A stretch of DNA of 64,000 nucleotides from an uncultured Planctomycetota bacterium. GTDB taxonomy: Bacteria > Planctomycetota > Planctomycetia > Isosphaerales > Isosphaeraceae. A program made the translations under genes and the position numbers. Below, piece after piece: positions 59,245 through 64,000 of this stretch. The DNA lies in assembly GCA_963737655.1 (NCBI GenBank), contig CAVTTN010000002.1:1088001-1152000 (forward strand), given 5' to 3'. The notes beneath the pieces are model-generated. The model worked only from the letters and a program-made list of their open reading frames with translations. It made no database searches and had not been told where the DNA came from. Numbering within the stretch: position 1 is the first letter of the stretch; each line of letters begins with the position of its first letter.

Positions 59245-60647
59245 ATGACGCGAGCCGGGGTCTTCTCGATCGTTCTGGTCCTGGCGGCCTGGTGCGGAGG
59301 TCCCGTCCCGAGTTCTCGGGCCGATCGGATCGTCCTCCAGGGGGGCGAGATCAAGGGCGTGGTGATCCCCGACCCGGCCCGGCCCAGGAACGTGGTGGTC
59401 CTGACCGAGGGGTCGGCCCGGCCCCTGGTATTCGACAAGTCCCAGGTCGTCCGCGTGGTCCGCGAGACGAGCATCCTCGATGAGTACGTGTCGCACCGGG
59501 ACAAGGTCGAGCCGACGGCCCAGGCCCAGTACGATTTCGCCACCTGGTGCGAGGAGAACAAGCTCGCCGGGCTGGCCGAGCTGCACTTCCAGAAGGCCGT
59601 CGAGGCTCGACGCCTCGTTCGCCCCGGCCCACAAGAAGCTCGGGCACGTCCAGCAGGGCGACCGCTGGCTGACCTACGACGAGCAGAGGGCCGCCCAGGG
59701 GCTGGTGAAGGTCAAGGGTCGGTGGGTCTCGAAGGGCGAGAAGGAGAAGATCGACGCCAAATCGGCCCAGGCGGCCGAGCAATCGGCGTGGACCTCCCGG
59801 CTCAAGCTCCTCCGCCGCAAGCTCCTGTTCGACCCCGACACCCTCCAGAGGCAACAGGCCGAGACCCAGCTCGCCGAGATCAACGACCCGGCGGCGATCC
59901 CGGGGCTGCATCCAGATCTTCATCAACGACGGCGACGCCATGCGGATCCGCCTGGCCGAGATCATCGGCGGGATCACCGGCGTCGAGGCCACCGAGGCCC
60001 TGGTGCAGATGGTCGTCCGCGAGGCCGATCCCGACGTCCGCCAGTCGGCCGTGGACCAGCTCGGCCGCCGGGGCGACGAGGCGACGAGCCGCCTGCTGGC
60101 GGCGCTCAAGTCGAAGAACCCCGAGATCATCGGCCGGGCCGCGCTGGCGCTGTCCACGATGAGGGCCGTCCGCACCGTCCCCAAGATGATCGACGCGTTG
60201 ATCCAGACCGAGAAGCGGCTGTTCTTCTCCCAGGCCGACCCCACCGCCCCGCTGCCGAACACGCCGGCCTACGGGTTCGTCAGCAGCTCGACGCCGAACA
60301 TCCCGGCGAACATGCCGCCCGGGTTCGCGGCCGTCGGCTCGGTGCCGTATCTGACGGCGCCGGCCGTCGCCCCGGGCGTGATCGCCTTCGGAGGCGGTTC
60401 GGTCCCGGTCCCCGCCGGAGGGACGGCCACCCCGATGATCAATCAGGGTTCCTCCGACCCCAGGACGCCTCCGAGCGAGGTGCTGATGGTCTACCACAAC
60501 ATCGACGTCCGCCGGGCCCTGATCGAGCTGACCGGCGAGGACTTCGGGTACGACCAGGACGCCTGGAGGCAATGGGTCCAGAACTCGTTCCGGCCCGACG
60601 CCAACCGCCCTCAGCGGCGGGTGCCGCAGCCTCTGGGCCGGCGATAA
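59245..60647 (+). CDS. Exported HEAT-repeat protein (frameshifts near 59605 and 59910)
   Basis: Signal, AQYDFATWCEE..L, AHKKLGHV, GLVKVKGRWV, HEAT-like EADPDVRQSA, LTGEDFGYDQDAW spread over three frames. Confidence 0.7.
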
Positions 60648-60767
60648 GTCGGCCTCAACACCGCTCAACATTCGAGACGGGCGAACGAACATCGCTCTGA
60701 CCGGACGGCCCCCTCGTCGGGGAAAGGGCTCGCTCGGCCGGGATCGGTCCCTTCGGAGCCTCCTCAG

Positions 60768-62240
60768 ATGTCGATGATCGCCGCGTTCCTGGCCGTTTCG
60801 CTGTCGCTGGCGGACGAACCCGCGAAGCCCGAACTCCCTCTGGTGATCGCCCATGTGGAGGTCGTGGATCTCGACAGCCGAGGGCCTCTCCGCGATGCCT
60901 CCGTGGTCGTCAAGGAAGGCCGGATCGTCGCTGTGGGCAAGTCGGGCGAGATGGCGATCCCCGACGGGGCCCGGACGATCGATGGCACCGGGAAGTTCCT
61001 GATCCCCGGTTTGTGGGATATGCATGTTCACTTCAGCAACGCGACGTCCATGCCGCTGTTCCTGGCCAACGGCGTGACGGGCGTGAGGGTGATGTGGGGC
61101 AACCCGTCGTTCGGCTTCCCGATGGGGCCCTATCACTTCCGCTGGCGATCACAGGTCGAGGAGGGGACGCTCCTGGGGCCAAGGATGGTCGTCGCGAGCA
61201 ACATCATGGACGGCCCGAAGCCGATCTGGCCGTCCTCACTGGGGCTCGACTCACCGGAGAAGGCCCGCGAGGCCGTCCGCAAGGCCAAGACCGAGGGCGC
61301 GGACTTCATCAAGGTCTACTCCAAGCTTTCGCCCGAGGTCTTCCGCGCGATCGCCGAGGAGAGCAAAGCTCAGAACATCCCCTTCGCCGGGCACGTGCCC
61401 TCGAGCGTGTCGGCCCGGGAGGCGTCAGCCCTCGGTCAGAAGACGTTCGAGCACCTGTACGGAGTCCTCGCCGATTGCTCAACCGGCCGCGATGAGATTC
61501 TGGTCAGGCGAGGGGCCTTGATCGCCTCAGGGAAGGACCTCGACGCTCTCCAGAAGGAGCTGGCCAAGCTCGACAACCAATCGCGGGAGACGTTCGACGA
61601 GGCCCTCGCCGCCGACCTCTTCGCGACGCTGAAGAAGAACGGGACGTGGCAATGCCCCACGCTCACGGTCCTCCGCGCGATGGCCTCGCTCGATGACGAC
61701 GCCTTCCGCAACGACCCGAGGTTGAAGTATACCGACGCGATGACCCGATTCCGATGGGACCCGAAGAACGACTTTCGGCTGAAGTCCTGGACCGCGGAAG
61801 ACCACGCGCGTCAGAAGGCGAGTTTCGCGAGGGCCTTGGACTGCGTGGGACGGCTCCACCGCGCCGGGGTGCCGATCCTGGCCGGGACCGACGAGCTGAA
61901 CCCCTACGTCTTCCCCGGGTTCAGCCTTCACGACGAGCTCGCCTTGCTCGTCCGAGCCGGCCTCTCGCCCCGCGAGGCGCTCGAGGCCGCGACGATCAAT
62001 CCGGCGAAGTTCCTCGGCAAGGAAGCGACGATGGGCACGATCGAGCCGGGCAAGGCCGCAGACCTCGTCCTCCTGGACGCCGATCCGACGGCCGACATCG
62101 CCAACTCGACGAAGATCCGCGCCGTGATCGTCCGGGGCCGGCTCCTCGATCGCGGCGCCCTCGACGCGATGCTGAAGAAGGTAGAGACGCCCGCGCCCGC
62201 CTCGGGGCCTGCCCCGGGCGGGTTCTGCCCGGAGCATTGA
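60768..62240 (+). CDS. Amidohydrolase-family protein
   Basis: PGLWDMHVH, GADFIKVY, AGH, EH, AGTD, GKAADLVLLD. Confidence 0.9.
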   Translation: MSMIAAFLAVSLSLADEPAKPELPLVIAHVEVVDLDSRGPLRDASVVVKEGRIVAVGKSGEMAIPDGARTIDGTGKFLIPGLWDMHVHFSNATSMPLFLANGVTGVRVMWGNPSFGFPMGPYHFRWRSQVEEGTLLGPRMVVASNIMDGPKPIWPSSLGLDSPEKAREAVRKAKTEGADFIKVYSKLSPEVFRAIAEESKAQNIPFAGHVPSSVSAREASALGQKTFEHLYGVLADCSTGRDEILVRRGALIASGKDLDALQKELAKLDNQSRETFDEALAADLFATLKKNGTWQCPTLTVLRAMASLDDDAFRNDPRLKYTDAMTRFRWDPKNDFRLKSWTAEDHARQKASFARALDCVGRLHRAGVPILAGTDELNPYVFPGFSLHDELALLVRAGLSPREALEAATINPAKFLGKEATMGTIEPGKAADLVLLDADPTADIANSTKIRAVIVRGRLLDRGALDAMLKKVETPAPASGPAPGGFCPEH

Positions 62241-62246
62241 GGACAC

Positions 62247-62272
62247 GTCGGGCCCGCGAGTTCGGGCCCGAC
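62247..62272. terminator. Hairpin between convergent genes (candidate bidirectional terminator)
   Basis: gtcgggccc-gcgagttc-gggcccgac. Confidence 0.4.
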
Positions 62273-62293
62273 CGAATTTCCTGGCCGCTCGAC

Positions 62294-63745
62294 CTATCGC
62301 CTGGAGGCGGCCGTCGTCCCCGGCTTGGTGATCGTGAAGCGGTCCAGCTCCTTGCCTTCGGCCGAGAGCTGGCGGATCGTCAGCGACGGGCCATCCACGT
62401 CGGCGACGGTCAGCGAGTGGACCTGCGAGACGAACTTGTGGGTGAACCCCTGCCAGGTGTCGGGCTGGTCCTGCTGCTCCGGGTTATACAGGTGCTGGCC
62501 GCCGGCGCCGGTCACGAGGTAGATCACGCCCTCGGGCGAGGTGTCGGCCTTGCCGTCGAACGCCTTATCGAGGGTCCAGGCGCCGATCACCAGGCGGCCC
62601 CGGACCGTCTTGCCGTCCCTGCCGCCGAGCAGGGGGATGCCCTGGCCGTTCTTGTCGGCCTTGAACTTCAGCGGGTAGGAGCGCTGGTAGTTGTGGACGT
62701 GGCCGTTGAACACGACGTCCACCTTGCCCGCCTCCAAGAGGGGGGCCACCAGCCTCATCTGCTGCTGCTCGTAGTGCTCGCGGGCCGAGTTGAAGCCGGG
62801 GTGGTGGAAGACGACGAACCGCCAGGTGGCGTCCTTCGCCGAGGCCAGGTCGCCGGCGACCCACTCGCGGAGGGCCTTGTCGTTCCAGTCCACGTAGGGG
62901 TTGGAGTCGAGGAACGTCCAGTGGGCGTTGCCGTAGTCCAGCGAGAACATGGCCATCCGAGGATAGGCGTCGCCGGCGGCCGAGATGAACGCCTTGCGAT
63001 GGGCCTCCGAGGCCACGAGCTTCGGCACGGAGGCGCTGCCTTCCTCGTTCTTCGGGCCGTTGAGCGGCTGGTCCCAGACCTCGAAATAGGCCAGGCCGTC
63101 CGGCAGGCGGTCGAGGTCTCGGGTGTCGGTGTCGTGGTTGCCCGGGGCGGCCACGAACGGGGTGGACCTCATCAGCGGGGCGGCCTTCTGCGAGGCCTCG
63201 TCCGCGTTGTAGATCGGCCAGAACTTCTCGCGATACTCGGCCAGGGTGCCGCGCTCGTACACGATGTCTCCGGGGATCACGACGAGGTCCGGCTTCTCCA
63301 GGAACGCGCGGACGGCCAGCGCCTGCTGCTCCGGCGTCTCGGCGCCGACGTCCCCGAACGCCACGAACCGATACGGCTGGCTCGCCGCCTTCAGGGCCTT
63401 GCCTTCGGCCGAAAACTCGACCTGATCGCCCTTCTTCACGCGATATTCGAAGGTGCCGCCCGGCTCCAGTCCGGTCAGTTTGGCGCGGTAGATCCGGTGG
63501 GGCGGGAGCTTCTCGACGGCGACCCGCCGGCCGCCGTCGACGTCGGCCTTCCGCCATTCCTTGCCGGCCCCGACGCGGTACTCGACGGCCCAGGGGGCAT
63601 CGGCGTCGTCGGCGTGCCACATCAGGACTAGGGAATCGGCCCCCTTCGCCTCGCCGACCTGGAGGTAAGGCTTGACGACGAACGGCCCGTCGGCCAGGGC
63701 CGGCGAGGCGATCGCCAGGAGGACCAGGGAAATCAGGAGGCGCAC
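62294..63745 (-). CDS. Exported purple acid phosphatase-like metallophosphoesterase
   Basis: FGDVG, GDIVY, GNHD, HHP, GHVHNYQR; FN3-like N-domain. Confidence 0.9.
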   Translation of the reverse strand: MRLLISLVLLAIASPALADGPFVVKPYLQVGEAKGADSLVLMWHADDADAPWAVEYRVGAGKEWRKADVDGGRRVAVEKLPPHRIYRAKLTGLEPGGTFEYRVKKGDQVEFSAEGKALKAASQPYRFVAFGDVGAETPEQQALAVRAFLEKPDLVVIPGDIVYERGTLAEYREKFWPIYNADEASQKAAPLMRSTPFVAAPGNHDTDTRDLDRLPDGLAYFEVWDQPLNGPKNEEGSASVPKLVASEAHRKAFISAAGDAYPRMAMFSLDYGNAHWTFLDSNPYVDWNDKALREWVAGDLASAKDATWRFVVFHHPGFNSAREHYEQQQMRLVAPLLEAGKVDVVFNGHVHNYQRSYPLKFKADKNGQGIPLLGGRDGKTVRGRLVIGAWTLDKAFDGKADTSPEGVIYLVTGAGGQHLYNPEQQDQPDTWQGFTHKFVSQVHSLTVADVDGPSLTIRQLSAEGKELDRFTITKPGTTAASRR

Positions 63746-63917
63746 TCTTCATCGTGAAGGCTCCGGGAACTCGCCTCGCCGTGACCCCGGCCCGGACCCC
63801 GATCCTCGATCGGGCGGCGGGCCGCGAGGCGAGGCCCCAGGCTACCGGATGACGACCGCCCCTGAACCCCGTCCGCCATGAGATTTGACGGAAGTTTTCG
63901 TGAAGGAGACGATCGCC

Positions 63918-64000
63918 TCAGATGTCAATGTCTTTCGCCGTGTACGCCTCGGCCATGATGAACTTGAACCGGGCCTCGGGCTCCTTGCCCATCAGGTCGC
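63918..64000 (-). CDS. C-terminus of a type IIA topoisomerase B subunit (GyrB/ParE), partial
   Basis: Reads DLMGKEPEARFKFIMAEAYTAKDIDI*, like the GyrB/ParE 'LMG....R..FI......DI' tail. Confidence 0.7.
   Translation of the reverse strand, partial: DLMGKEPEARFKFIMAEAYTAKDIDI

Overview
GC-rich (about 70% by eye) chromosomal window of a planctomycete, probably Isosphaeraceae-like, judged from the DUF1549/DUF1553 plus DUF1501 pair, DUF1573, DUF4159, a LEPR-xLL-type signal and MoxR/DUF58/vWA genes. It holds about 55 CDSs and no rRNA, tRNA or CRISPR array. Highlights: (1) a co-oriented cluster of choline/ethanolamine kinase, a eukaryote-type phosphoethanolamine N-methyltransferase, an APC permease and phosphatidylcholine synthase, suggesting a phosphobase-methylation route to phosphatidylcholine in a bacterium; (2) two tandem paralogue arrays placed inside conserved operons (two ParE/RelE-like TA pairs; three Uma2 nucleases at a 603-bp period), each with homogenised and variable blocks; (3) an island at 30.3-33.6 kb with a clear attC site, a TA cassette, a low-GC orphan gene, clustered GTCCCCTTTT repeats and a perfect 25-bp palindrome, but no integrase; (4) several REP/MITE-like palindrome families that supply stop codons or are read in frame; (5) an M91 protease with an inserted HTH, an RsmG-TrmH fusion and an AxxC TlpA. 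About nine small frameshifts look like long-read assembly errors. All family calls come from motif recognition by eye, not database searches.
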